Below are positions 9,546 to 18,014 of a stretch of DNA of 61,788 bases, one piece after another. This stretch comes from an uncultured Candidatus Bathyarchaeia archaeon. Lineage in GTDB: Archaea > Thermoproteota > Bathyarchaeia > RBG-16-48-13 > CAYWPD01. The notes below the pieces were generated by a model. That model was not told where the DNA came from, did no database searches, and was given only the letters and a program-made list of their open reading frames with translations. The stretch lies in assembly GCA_964460055.1 (NCBI GenBank), contig CAYWPD010000002.1, forward strand, positions 6,400-68,187, given 5' to 3'. The number at the start of each line of letters is the position of its first letter. Positions within the stretch are counted from its first letter, which is position 1. The position numbers and the translations under genes were made by a program.

Positions 9546-9989
9546 CTAGCGCCTCCTAGCGAGCTTGCGAGTCTCGATGTGCTGCTCCATGTGACTGACA
9601 CTCTTGAAGGCTCCGCCTTTCGACATTACGTAGAGTCTGCGATAGACTTTCTTGGTTAGCTGCCTCTTCCCTCGGAGGACTCGGAGACGCCTTCTTATCG
9701 ACCTGATAGTTGATATCCATCGATCTTTCCGCGGTGTCCTCGTTCCTTCCCTACTCCCCGCACCTCTCCTTCTGCCTTGGGTCTTCTTCTCATGGAGAAT
9801 CTTCGCCCTCGCACGGCTGATGCCGATCTTATTGGAGGAGCGTACCGCGCCTTCATGGATCAGTCTTCGGATGTCTTCACGTGTGAGTGCGGCCTCCACA
9901 TCGGCAATTCTATCTGGATCGAACCAGACTCTGTTTCTGCCGATCTTAAGAAGTCGTGCTGCCAGTCTCCTCTGTCCCGCTAGGCTCAG
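9546..9989 (-). CDS. rpl19e: 50S ribosomal protein eL19 (probable CTG start)
   Basis: The ORF track begins at GTG 9899 (EAALTREDIRRLI...). The same frame stays open upstream and encodes the conserved eL19 N-terminus SLAGQRRLAARLLKIGRNRVWFDPDRIADV. No ATG/GTG/TTG is available. CTG at 9989 lies 9 nt after AGGAGG. Confidence 0.8.
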   Translation of the reverse strand: MSLAGQRRLAARLLKIGRNRVWFDPDRIADVEAALTREDIRRLIHEGAVRSSNKIGISRARAKILHEKKTQGRRRGAGSREGTRTPRKDRWISTIRSIRRRLRVLRGKRQLTKKVYRRLYVMSKGGAFKSVSHMEQHIETRKLARRR

Positions 9990-10380
9990 CTTCTTTAGCC
10001 TCCTTGAAATTCAGTATCTTTAAACCCAGTTCCTTTGCTCTCTCGCCTATCTCGATGCGGCTTCTTGAGCCCACGGTGTGCGCAATGCGTACCGCCGACA
10101 TTTGTGGATCCAAGCCCTCAAGATCTGCGACGTTATGGACCAATACCTCTTGAAGCCCAGACGGATGGAGTGATCTCGCTCTCCTGATCGACCTGTAGCC
10201 GACATTCACCAGCTTATGCCATCCGCGTCTCTGCTTGCGCATATGACTGTCGATGCCCCGTGGACGCCTCCAGCTCTCTTTGACCCTCTTAAGTCTCCAA
10301 CTTTCTTGCCTTCGAAATTCAGGTCTCGACCTCGCTTGTCTTGCTCTCGTTCTGAGGCTTCTTCGAAGGGTTGATGACAT
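9946..10380 (-). CDS. rpl32e: 50S ribosomal protein eL32
   Basis: FRRQESWRLKRVKESWRRPRGIDSHMR and LVHNVADLEGLDP motifs. Confidence 0.9.
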   Translation of the reverse strand: MSSTLRRSLRTRARQARSRPEFRRQESWRLKRVKESWRRPRGIDSHMRKQRRGWHKLVNVGYRSIRRARSLHPSGLQEVLVHNVADLEGLDPQMSAVRIAHTVGSRSRIEIGERAKELGLKILNFKEAKEAEPSGTEETGSTTS

Positions 10381-10382
10381 TA

Positions 10383-10928
10383 CTACATTCCTTCCTTCTT
10401 TTCGAAAACGTAGATTCCGTCCAGGAATACACGAGGATCTTTGTCCTTCATGGCGGTTGCCTTCTCGATGTTCGCTGCCGTCTGGCTGACCTCTTCCAAG
10501 TCTATCCCTTGAACTACGACCTCATCTTCCACTATCGAAACCTTTGCGCCGCCAACGATCTTTGCTTTCCGAGGAAACCTTTCGCCGGAGAAGTTCTCGA
10601 TGATGACTTTGAAACCCTCCTTCTTGACCGAGATGGGAAAGTGAGCGTATACAACCTTGAGGCGATAAGTGAAGCCCTTAGTCACTCCTGTAATCATATT
10701 CTTCAGATGGGCCGCAATTGTGCCGACCAAGGCGGCTTGGGCCTTCCTTGGCCACTTTGTTTCGACCGCGATCTCGTCCGCTCCCTTGGATATCCTGACG
10801 CCGGCATGTGAGAAATCTCTGGTTATTGAACCCAAAGGGCCGACGACCTTGACTCGACGTCCATCTATCTCGACATCGACATCCGATGGGATCTTTAGAG
10901 ACTCTACCGAAGCTACGTCTTTGACCAT
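10383..10928 (-). CDS. rpl6p: 50S ribosomal protein uL6
   Basis: Position in the operon and a two-domain L6 pattern (VEIDGRRVKVVGPLG...YAHFPISV...). Confidence 0.88.
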   Translation of the reverse strand: MVKDVASVESLKIPSDVDVEIDGRRVKVVGPLGSITRDFSHAGVRISKGADEIAVETKWPRKAQAALVGTIAAHLKNMITGVTKGFTYRLKVVYAHFPISVKKEGFKVIIENFSGERFPRKAKIVGGAKVSIVEDEVVVQGIDLEEVSQTAANIEKATAMKDKDPRVFLDGIYVFEKKEGM

Positions 10929-10941
10929 TTGTCCTGTTCAC

Positions 10942-11334
10942 CTAGTAGACGTACGCCAGTAGTCGACCGCCGACTCCTTTGGAAGTTGCTTCTCTATGGG
11001 ACATTACGCCTTCAGGGGTCGAGACCACAAGAACGCCCACATCGCGAGAGGGTAGAAACCTTTTCTCCCATCCCGCATAAGAGCCAGCTCGCGCAGAATA
11101 TCTTGGCCTCACCGACCCGCACTTGCTGATTCGTCCCAACAGTTGTATCTTGAACTTGCCGAACCGGCCATCGTCTATGAACTCAAACTCGCCGACATAG
11201 CCGTTTGCCTGCATTACGCGAAGAACTTGTCCGATCAGCTTAGAGGCGGGAGCTACGACGCACTCTCTCTTGTTTCGGACCTCATTGTTCATGACCGTGG
11301 CGAGAGTGTTCGACAGCGGATCGACTAGAGTCAT
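10942..11334 (-). CDS. rps8p: 30S ribosomal protein uS8
   Basis: MTLVDPLSNTLATVMNNEVRNKRECVV... and C-terminal GVMSHREATSKGVGGRLLAYVY. Confidence 0.9.
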   Translation of the reverse strand: MTLVDPLSNTLATVMNNEVRNKRECVVAPASKLIGQVLRVMQANGYVGEFEFIDDGRFGKFKIQLLGRISKCGSVRPRYSARAGSYAGWEKRFLPSRDVGVLVVSTPEGVMSHREATSKGVGGRLLAYVY

Positions 11335-11343
11335 GGTTCCACC

Positions 11344-11514
11344 TTAGTTGAGCTTCTTGAAGCCGAGTTCCTTTGCAACTTCTCTGAAACACTGCCTGCA
11401 GAAGTTCAGTCCATAACGTCTGATGATGGGACCGTACGCTCCGCATCTTCGACAAGGCCTGCTGCCTTTGCCGTATTTTCTCACGCGCTTTGCATGGGCT
11501 TTGGCCAAGCTCAT
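11344..11514 (-). CDS. rps14p: 30S ribosomal protein uS14 (zinc-binding type)
   Basis: Under 60 aa, so absent from the ORF track. Manual translation gives [56 protein letters not shown]. The ATG overlaps the uL5 TGA by 1 nt. Confidence 0.88.
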   Translation of the reverse strand: MSLAKAHAKRVRKYGKGSRPCRRCGAYGPIIRRYGLNFCRQCFREVAKELGFKKLN

Positions 11515-12053
11515 CACTCCAAAATTTCAAGGTTCAGTGTTTGCTTCATGAGCTTCAGCGAGTCATCCTTCGTGACTCTATGAGACTTCCCAATTCGAGA
11601 CCTGAGCCTGCGACGTCTTGCAACACGGTATCCTAGACGGCTCGGAGCGACTGAGATGTCCATCCCGAATATCCCTACTTCAGGCCTGTATCTAATGCCC
11701 GGGATTTCGATGTGCTCCTTTATGCCGAAGGACATGTTACCTTGATCGTCGAAACTTTTTTTCGACACCTTGTTCCCAACCGCGTCTAAAGCTCGCTTCA
11801 GAAAGGCCACAGCCTCTTCACCTCGAAGCGTTGCGATGCACGAAATAGGCTCTCCTTTCCTAATACCGAAATCCCTGACGGTCTTCTTCGCCCTTCTGAC
11901 ACATGATTTTCTGCCAGTGATCTCGTCAAGAACTGTCTTGGCCTTTTCGAGAAGTTCACCCGACTTGCCGACCGAGATGTTCACTACGGCCTTCTCTATC
12001 TTCGGAGTAAGCATGGGATTCCGTGCCATTTCGGCCTTATCATAAATGCTCAT
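11514..12053 (-). CDS. rpl5p: 50S ribosomal protein uL5
   Basis: [18 protein letters not shown]...[11 protein letters not shown]... and operon position. Confidence 0.9.
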   Translation of the reverse strand: MSIYDKAEMARNPMLTPKIEKAVVNISVGKSGELLEKAKTVLDEITGRKSCVRRAKKTVRDFGIRKGEPISCIATLRGEEAVAFLKRALDAVGNKVSKKSFDDQGNMSFGIKEHIEIPGIRYRPEVGIFGMDISVAPSRLGYRVARRRRLRSRIGKSHRVTKDDSLKLMKQTLNLEILE

Positions 12054-12811
12054 CGCAAGACGACACCTGGTAACGATATCAGAGGCCGTTCCTGGCCAAC
12101 AACAAAGATGTTGCTTCGATACGACTGAAGGTGTTTCCCCTCATCGGTCTCGATGATCACCATAGATCGTGCGGTCCCTTCAACCTTAGAAATCTGCCTG
12201 ATTCTACCCAAGGAGCCTCTGTTCTTGCCCCCAACTATGAGCGCGTAGGCACCGTCGGAGAACCGAACGTCCCCTATTATCTGGCCGGTGGGCAGCTTGA
12301 TCACCAAGACGTCATCCGGCTTGTACGGTGGCTCATCTGCACCTTTCTGTGCCTTCTCCCCCAAAAGTATCGTGCGACCGTCATGTAGACTTAGTTGAAC
12401 TCGCCCTTGACGGAGCGTCTTCTTCCCTCTGATTTTGCATAGCTTGAAAGTCTTCTCGTCATCTCCGATCGAATGGAGAATGAGACCCTTCTTCGGGTGT
12501 GGGAGCGCGCGATAGCAGGCCTTTGCATCGGGTATTTCCAACACGTCCATGTAACCTATCGGGAAACGAGGATCGTTTACGACTCTTCCATCTATCTTGA
12601 CTCGGCCTTCAGATATCGGAAACTTCACTTCACGTCTCGACTCGGCATAACCGAGCATCTCCATCAAGGCTATAGTCAAGGGTGTGCTTGTTGCGATGGG
12701 ATGAGGGCCGGGAACGGTCTTCGGAGCCCACTGGAATCGTTTGTGGGCAACGGGCCAGTGCACTGGAGCATGCATTCTCTTCAGCCGATTGAGTCCACCC
12801 TTCTTTCCCAC
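12050..12811 (-). CDS. rps4e: 30S ribosomal protein eS4
   Basis: MGKKGGLNRLKRMHAPVHWPV....WAPKTVPGPHP, with S4 and KOW regions. Confidence 0.9.
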   Translation of the reverse strand: MGKKGGLNRLKRMHAPVHWPVAHKRFQWAPKTVPGPHPIATSTPLTIALMEMLGYAESRREVKFPISEGRVKIDGRVVNDPRFPIGYMDVLEIPDAKACYRALPHPKKGLILHSIGDDEKTFKLCKIRGKKTLRQGRVQLSLHDGRTILLGEKAQKGADEPPYKPDDVLVIKLPTGQIIGDVRFSDGAYALIVGGKNRGSLGRIRQISKVEGTARSMVIIETDEGKHLQSYRSNIFVVGQERPLISLPGVVLR

Positions 12812-12813
12812 GG

Positions 12814-13368
12814 CTAGTCATGCCCCCTCTCTGTACTTGCCTCTCCGGTCTTGCTGCCTCGCCTCCTAGATCTCTTTGGTTTGGGTCTCTTCTCTTCCTC
12901 GGCAGCTTCTTGTATTGAAGACTCTGAAGCGGCGCCTTCAGCTTCGGAGAGCTCGGTTGGCGCCTCTTCAACCTTCCCGGTCTTCTCTTCGGCAGCTTCT
13001 TCTTTGACATGGAGGCCACGGCGCTCGAGAAGCAGCTTTCGAGCCTTATCTTGCAGGTTGAGTTTCGTGATGGCTACCTTAGATGTACGAATCGGAACCT
13101 TGACTCGTGTTCCGTCCACCTTCTCTCTCGTCGCTCCCTCAATTGCAGCTCTTCCGCCAGAAGAGTAGACCTCCGTGATCTTCCCTTCGACTCCTGCATA
13201 GTCACCTCTCAGAACCAGAACAGTATCGCCTTCTCTGACCGGAAGAGCCCGTATGCCGTATTTCTTTCTTAGCTCCTCAGAGAGGTGAGAAGAAAGGAAT
13301 CTTCTCCTCAGATGGTTTGAAGCGTTGAAATATGCGCGCCTTTGTTTTCTTCTCTGGCCCGAGACCAA
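12814..13368 (-). CDS. rpl24p: 50S ribosomal protein uL24 with a long charged C-terminal extension
   Basis: (M)VSGQRRKQRRAYFNASNHLRRRFLSSHLSEELRKKYGIRALPVREGDTVLVLRGDYAGVEGKI (KOW). TTG at 13368 lies 9 nt after GAGGAG. The longer ORF track start at 13425 would overlap uL14. Confidence 0.85.
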   Translation of the reverse strand: MVSGQRRKQRRAYFNASNHLRRRFLSSHLSEELRKKYGIRALPVREGDTVLVLRGDYAGVEGKITEVYSSGGRAAIEGATREKVDGTRVKVPIRTSKVAITKLNLQDKARKLLLERRGLHVKEEAAEEKTGKVEEAPTELSEAEGAASESSIQEAAEEEKRPKPKRSRRRGSKTGEASTERGHD

Positions 13369-13385
13369 GACCAACCGCTCCTCAA

Positions 13386-13832
13386 CTAGACTATTATGCT
13401 GCTCGCTCCTGCAATTCGCGGCCATCTTTCTGCCGCTTCTTTGGCCACTGGACCCCGTATCTCCGAACCTTTCATCTCACCTTCGGGAGTCATTATGACC
13501 GCTGCGTTATCTTCGAACTCGACCCAAGCCCCGTCGGCACGTCTGAACGGTTTTCGTTGTCTTATCACAACCGCAGGGAGTATCTGTTTTCTCAGATCCG
13601 GCGTCCCTTTTCTTACCGATACGGTTATCATATCTCCGACACAGGCTGCAGGCCTTCTCCTTAGCCTGCCTCTGTATCCTATCACCTGCACTATGCGGAG
13701 AAATCTGCCACCGGTGTTGTCGGAGCAGTGAATCACGGCTCCCACCGGAAGACCTCTTGAAATATGTGGCCTGTACTCAACAACCCCCTTTGCTGATACA
13801 GCTCTAGACTTGGGAGCTGGCATTTCATTCAC
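13386..13832 (-). CDS. rpl14p: 50S ribosomal protein uL14
   Basis: [17 protein letters not shown]...[49 protein letters not shown]. Confidence 0.9.
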   Translation of the reverse strand: MNEMPAPKSRAVSAKGVVEYRPHISRGLPVGAVIHCSDNTGGRFLRIVQVIGYRGRLRRRPAACVGDMITVSVRKGTPDLRKQILPAVVIRQRKPFRRADGAWVEFEDNAAVIMTPEGEMKGSEIRGPVAKEAAERWPRIAGASSIIV

Positions 13833-14154
13833 CCTCCTTTTCTACGACGACGAATGAAACCGTCTTGCTTGTCGGCCTACACTCCATCAACCTCACTTTG
13901 TCGCCAGCACGAACTTCGAGGCATGGAGGGCTGTGCGCTGGGATGTGGGAGTGTCTCCTTTCATACCTCATGACTTTGGGAACGCGTTGAACGTAGTCGC
14001 GCCTAACAACGACTGTACCCTTCATCTTGTCGCTGACGACTACACCCTCGATTATCTTACCTCGCACCTTGAGAGATCCGTGGAAAGGACAGTTTGGATC
14101 TTCGCAGCGCTTCTTGACCGCCGCAACCGGGATTCCGATGTTTCTTGCACTCAT
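13825..14154 (-). CDS. rps17p: 30S ribosomal protein uS17
   Basis: [33 protein letters not shown] and operon position. Confidence 0.9.
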   Translation of the reverse strand: MSARNIGIPVAAVKKRCEDPNCPFHGSLKVRGKIIEGVVVSDKMKGTVVVRRDYVQRVPKVMRYERRHSHIPAHSPPCLEVRAGDKVRLMECRPTSKTVSFVVVEKEGE

Positions 14155-14203
14155 TTACTCAACCCCTTTGTGCGTCTCCAGCGTTCCCATGAGCTGATGT
14201 TCA

Positions 14204-14410
14204 CTATTTCCCTGTTTTCGCTTCATTCTGCACGGTCAAAAGACGAGCGATTGTTCGCCTTATCTCTTGGATTCTTGACGGGTTATCCACTGACCCGCCT
14301 GCTTTAACCATGGCTCTGAGTCTTGTGAGTTCTGTCCGCAGTTCCGAGATCTTCTTGTCCCTATCCTCAGGAGACATTCTTCTGATCTCTTTTATTCTTG
14401 CGATCGGCAT
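14204..14410 (-). CDS. rpl29p: 50S ribosomal protein uL29
   Basis: 68 aa. IKEIRRMSPEDRDKKISELRTELTRLRA. Confidence 0.85.
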   Translation of the reverse strand: MPIARIKEIRRMSPEDRDKKISELRTELTRLRAMVKAGGSVDNPSRIQEIRRTIARLLTVQNEAKTGK

Positions 14411-15058
14411 CTATGATTCCTCTTTTTGCTCAGATGGTGGTTCTTTAGTTCCCTCTGTCGCTGTCGGCTGAGGCTTCAGTTCAACCTTATCCGGAAACTC
14501 CGAATTTGGGGGAAGAATTTTCACCTTGATTCCGAAGGTCCCAGGCTTTAGCTGAACATGGGTTACTGCCGTTCTCACAAGCTTCAGCGCCGGGTCTCCG
14601 CACTTAGGCATATATCCTGCCTTGAACTTCTCATAACGAGCCCTCTCTGTGTGAAGCTTCCCGCGTATCGTGATCTCCACCCCTGCAGCGCCAGCCTCCA
14701 TTATCCTGGAAAGCGTCCAATATCCTGCCTTTCTGTAGTGAACCTGCCTCTGTAGGGCAGCAATCTTTGAAGCCATTATGGCAGGGTTCAATTCCGGTAC
14801 CTCGATCTCAGCGACGGCTACCTGTGGGCTGGGTATGCCGAACTTCTGCTCTATTGCGGTGGCAAGATCGCGAATGTTCTGTCCTCTCTTGCCTATGACC
14901 AGACCGGGCTTCATTGCGTAGACGGTAACCCGCGTTCCTAGAGGTGTCTTTGTGAGATCGACTCCACCGTAACCTGCGCGATCGAGTTCTCGCCTGAGGA
15001 ATTCGTCGAGCTCCAGTCTCTTGACGGACTCTGAAACGAAGTGTTTGACTGCTGACAT
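14411..15058 (-). CDS. rps3p: 30S ribosomal protein uS3
   Basis: KH-domain pattern (GLVIGKRGQNIRDL) and a C-terminal S3 domain. Confidence 0.9.
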   Translation of the reverse strand: MSAVKHFVSESVKRLELDEFLRRELDRAGYGGVDLTKTPLGTRVTVYAMKPGLVIGKRGQNIRDLATAIEQKFGIPSPQVAVAEIEVPELNPAIMASKIAALQRQVHYRKAGYWTLSRIMEAGAAGVEITIRGKLHTERARYEKFKAGYMPKCGDPALKLVRTAVTHVQLKPGTFGIKVKILPPNSEFPDKVELKPQPTATEGTKEPPSEQKEES

Positions 15059-15061
15059 TGA

Positions 15062-15523
15062 CTAGACTTCCTCGAGAACAATCTCAACGTGACTCAGTTC
15101 GCCGTAGAATCTCGATGATCTGCCGAAGGCGCGTGGAATGTTCTTTCTGATACTTCGCGCCTTCTGAACTGCTGCATGTCCTATTCTCACCTTCTCAAGA
15201 TCAAGGCCTTTGTACTCAGCGTTTGCCTCAGCGCCCTCCAAGATCTCCAAGAGTTGTGAAGCGATCTTGACGGGATATCTAGCGACGCTACCCTTGTGAA
15301 CGCCGTGATGATGTCCAACTTCACCTATATGGCGTGTAAACTTGATCGGGGTCTTCTTCTTCATGACGTTCTCGAGCAGCGCCTTCGCTTCTTGGAGCTT
15401 CATCCCTTTTATTGCTCGACATACCTCCCGCGTGTTCTTAGTCGAGATTCTAAGCTCCCTGCCGCTGGCTCGAGCGGTCTTATCAGGATCGAGCCCCGAT
15501 GCACTGTATGCCCAGTGAGGCAT
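15062..15523 (-). CDS. rpl22p: 50S ribosomal protein uL22
   Basis: MPHWAYS...ARASGRELRISTKNTREVCRAIKGMKL. ATG at 15523 lies 5 nt after GGAG. The ORF track start at 15562 is probably too long. Confidence 0.88.
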   Translation of the reverse strand: MPHWAYSASGLDPDKTARASGRELRISTKNTREVCRAIKGMKLQEAKALLENVMKKKTPIKFTRHIGEVGHHHGVHKGSVARYPVKIASQLLEILEGAEANAEYKGLDLEKVRIGHAAVQKARSIRKNIPRAFGRSSRFYGELSHVEIVLEEV

Positions 15524-15569
15524 TTTCTCTCCACGAAATAGTGGTTTCAGAAGGAACAACAAGGGGAGG

Positions 15570-15578
15570 TTTATTAAA
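15570..15578 (-). promoter_or_regulatory. TATA-like box (TTTAATAAA on the minus strand) upstream of uL22
   Basis: Lies about 50 nt upstream of the uL22 ATG, inside an unusual 200-nt spacer between uS19 and uL22. Confidence 0.35.
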
Positions 15579-15686
15579 GCTTTGCTTGGATGAGTGGTAG
15601 CGTCGAAAAGAGCTGCATTCGAGCCTTTTTGAACCAGAACTCTTGGTTTAAGAGGCCCCAGATCCGCTGCGCTATTCTGTGATGCG

Positions 15687-15691
15687 AAAAA
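15687..15691 (-). terminator. Oligo-T tract (T5 on the minus strand) downstream of uS19
   Basis: GCTTTTTCGC lies 36-40 nt after the uS19 stop. Archaeal terminators are typically oligo-T. Confidence 0.3.
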
Positions 15692-15726
15692 GCTGTCGGC
15701 TTGGTGGGTATGGATGGTCTAGAGAA

Positions 15727-16125
15727 CTACTTCAGAGGAACATACATTGATGACCTAGAGGCGCCTATTCCTGGGGTGCCATGCTGTACTTTCTTGTTAG
15801 TTATCGCGTATTCGCCGAGGTAGTGCCCAATCATCTCCGCCTGTATCTCGACTGGGACGAACTCTTTTCCATTATGTACTAGCACAGTCTTCCCAACCAT
15901 TTCAGGTATGACAACCATGTCTCTGCAATGTGTTTTCGCTGGAGACTTTTGACTGCCCTCGGCCGCCGTCGCTCTGAGACTCTCCAAGAACACTCTCTGG
16001 TCAGGGGTCAATCCTCGAAGAAGCGATCTTCTTTGCCTCGCTGGAAGAAGCTTGATAAACTCATCCATCGAAGTCCTCTTGAGCTCTTCAATGGTTCGTC
16101 CACGATACCTGAAGACTTTGGGCAT
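15727..16125 (-). CDS. rps19p: 30S ribosomal protein uS19
   Basis: [16 protein letters not shown]...[15 protein letters not shown]...[15 protein letters not shown] at 16125 lies 6 nt after AAGGTG. Confidence 0.9.
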   Translation of the reverse strand: MPKVFRYRGRTIEELKRTSMDEFIKLLPARQRRSLLRGLTPDQRVFLESLRATAAEGSQKSPAKTHCRDMVVIPEMVGKTVLVHNGKEFVPVEIQAEMIGHYLGEYAITNKKVQHGTPGIGASRSSMYVPLK

Positions 16126-16187
16126 CGACTGCACCTTTTGATGGGTGTAGGAGTTGTAGAGCCTCGCTATTTAAACGTGGATTTCGG

Positions 16188-16931
16188 CTACGACTCGGGA
16201 ATGCCTCTCTTTTTCCTTCGGCTTCTTCCGCTCTGCCGAGCTGCTATATGGCCAACCTTTCGCCCTGGGGGTGCATTACGTGATACTGTTGTGGGCTTGC
16301 CCGGCCGCTTCTTGTGTCCTCCTCCATATGGATGATAGGCTGAGATCATCGCCAGACCCCGGACGCGAGGGTATTTATGTCCCTTGGCTATCATCCTGAA
16401 ATGACTCTTTCCGGCTTTGAGCACTGGTTTCTCGGTTCTGCCTGAGCCGGCGACTACTCCTATCATCGCTTTGCATCGATTCTCTACGACGATCTCTTTT
16501 CGAGATGGTAGTTTGATAGCAGTTCCATCGGCTCTGTGAGATAGGACCGTCGCGTATCCTCCTGATGACTTCACGAGTTTTCCGCCATCGCCGGGTGACA
16601 ATTCGATGTTACAGACCATCGTTCCTTCGGGAATGCGCCCCACAGGCAGTATGTTTCCAACGGCGGGGACGGCTGCGTCACCTATCGCAATCTGTTGTCC
16701 GACGGAGATCCCCTCGGGGATCACGGTGAAGAAGTCGGCTCCATCTTGGAGCTGTATCAGCCCGAGTGGAGTGCCACGGCCCGCTTCATGTACAATTTCC
16801 ATCACCCTGCCGTTGACAGATGAACGCTCTCCGATCGGCGCGTATCTCGACGGTGCTATTCGCTTGTGTGTCGAAGCCCTGAATGTGGGGCTTCCTCTAC
16901 CTCTCCTTTGAACTAGTATCTTCTTCCCCAA
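16188..16931 (-). CDS. rpl2p: 50S ribosomal protein uL2
   Basis: (TTG)GKKILVQRRGRGSPTFRA...GGGHKKRPGKPTTVSRNAPPGRKVGHIAAR. GGAGGT lies 7 nt upstream of the TTG. Confidence 0.92.
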   Translation of the reverse strand: MGKKILVQRRGRGSPTFRASTHKRIAPSRYAPIGERSSVNGRVMEIVHEAGRGTPLGLIQLQDGADFFTVIPEGISVGQQIAIGDAAVPAVGNILPVGRIPEGTMVCNIELSPGDGGKLVKSSGGYATVLSHRADGTAIKLPSRKEIVVENRCKAMIGVVAGSGRTEKPVLKAGKSHFRMIAKGHKYPRVRGLAMISAYHPYGGGHKKRPGKPTTVSRNAPPGRKVGHIAARQSGRSRRKKRGIPES

Positions 16932-16943
16932 GGATTCAACCTC

Positions 16944-17222
16944 CTAAAGTAATCCCAGTTTCGTTGCGACATCCGAGGCGCGGAACTGCGGTCTTAGGCG
17001 CACAAAGGCTTTCTTTTGGCCTGAGAATGTGTTGCAGATGTTGACCTTTTGAACTTTGACTTCGTACAGATCCTCTACCGCCTTCTTGACCTGTGCTCTG
17101 TCGGCACTGGGATCTACTATGAAGGTAAGCTTATTCTCGGATTCAAGGAGATTCACGGCGTCTTCAGTCATTACGGGATTTCTTATCACTTCGCGTGAAC
17201 TTAGCCTATTCAACCAGATCAC
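16944..17222 (-). CDS. rpl23p: 50S ribosomal protein uL23
   Basis: VIRNPVMTEDAVNLLESENKLTFIVD..A...VKKAVEDLYEVKVQKVN. Confidence 0.88.
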   Translation of the reverse strand: MIWLNRLSSREVIRNPVMTEDAVNLLESENKLTFIVDPSADRAQVKKAVEDLYEVKVQKVNICNTFSGQKKAFVRLRPQFRASDVATKLGLL

Positions 17223-18002
17223 CTATCTCAGACCTTTGATGGCGGATTCAGACCACACAGTCAGCCTGCCCGGGTGAGTTCCAGGGGCCAGTTGGTCAGC
17301 GTTGAGATGTGACACCTTTGCGACTTCAAGTCCCGGGAGATTTCTGGAGGCTTTGCTAATACCTTTGTCTTCGGTGACCACGAGTAATGGTCCTTTCGGA
17401 ACCCTACGATGACTTCTACGTCCTTTCGTTTTGCCGGACCGAGTTTTCACGTGAGTGGAGACTCTGACGATGTCTGGCCACACGCCTAGTTTCACGAGCG
17501 TTTCCTGAAGCTGTTTTGTTCGGGCGATCTCCTGCAGGGAGTCGTCTACGACCAGTGGGAAATTCAGGACATCTGCAACCGCGTGGCCTCTATTTGAGAC
17601 GAGTTCTTTTTGCGCAGTGGCGGCTATTGCTGATCTCAATGCAAGAATACGCTCTTTCTTGTTGATCTTCTTTCGTATGACTGCTTTGGAGCTAGGGGGA
17701 TGAGCAGCTCTGCCCTTTACAGTTCCGGGTGCAATCGCTGCTGCTCCGGAGCGTGGATATCGCTCTCCCTTGACTCGCGGGACTCGGGACAAGTCGTGTC
17801 CGGTTCCCAGCGATTCTGCTGAAGTTCGTTGGCCGGCCATGGGATTCCTTCCTTGGGGTTGACGGCGGTGTGATTGCAAAGCTGTGACCACCTTTACGAT
17901 GATGTCGGGCCTAACAGGGGTTGAGAAAACCGAGGGCAGTTTGATTCTCTTCGTGGCCTCTCCGGATATGTTGTAGATCTGTACAGAGGATTTGATTACC
18001 AT
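17223..18002 (-). CDS. rpl4p: 50S ribosomal protein uL4
   Basis: Operon position and L4 motifs (RQPQGRNPMAG.RTSAES.GTG...SRVPRV). Confidence 0.9.
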   Translation of the reverse strand: MVIKSSVQIYNISGEATKRIKLPSVFSTPVRPDIIVKVVTALQSHRRQPQGRNPMAGQRTSAESLGTGHDLSRVPRVKGERYPRSGAAAIAPGTVKGRAAHPPSSKAVIRKKINKKERILALRSAIAATAQKELVSNRGHAVADVLNFPLVVDDSLQEIARTKQLQETLVKLGVWPDIVRVSTHVKTRSGKTKGRRSHRRVPKGPLLVVTEDKGISKASRNLPGLEVAKVSHLNADQLAPGTHPGRLTVWSESAIKGLR

Positions 18003-18014
18003 GAGAATCCCTTC

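Noticed and set aside
11282-11530. 82-aa ORF from the track between uS8 and uL5
   Set aside because: Wrong frame. Manual translation of 11344-11514 gives a textbook zinc-type uS14, which occupies this slot in the conserved operon.
12630-13019. 129-aa alternative-frame ORF overlapping eS4 and the uL24 tail
   Set aside because: It overlaps the eS4 N-terminus, which is conserved in the other frame, and there is no independent support. The uL24 tail frame is contiguous with the KOW domain.
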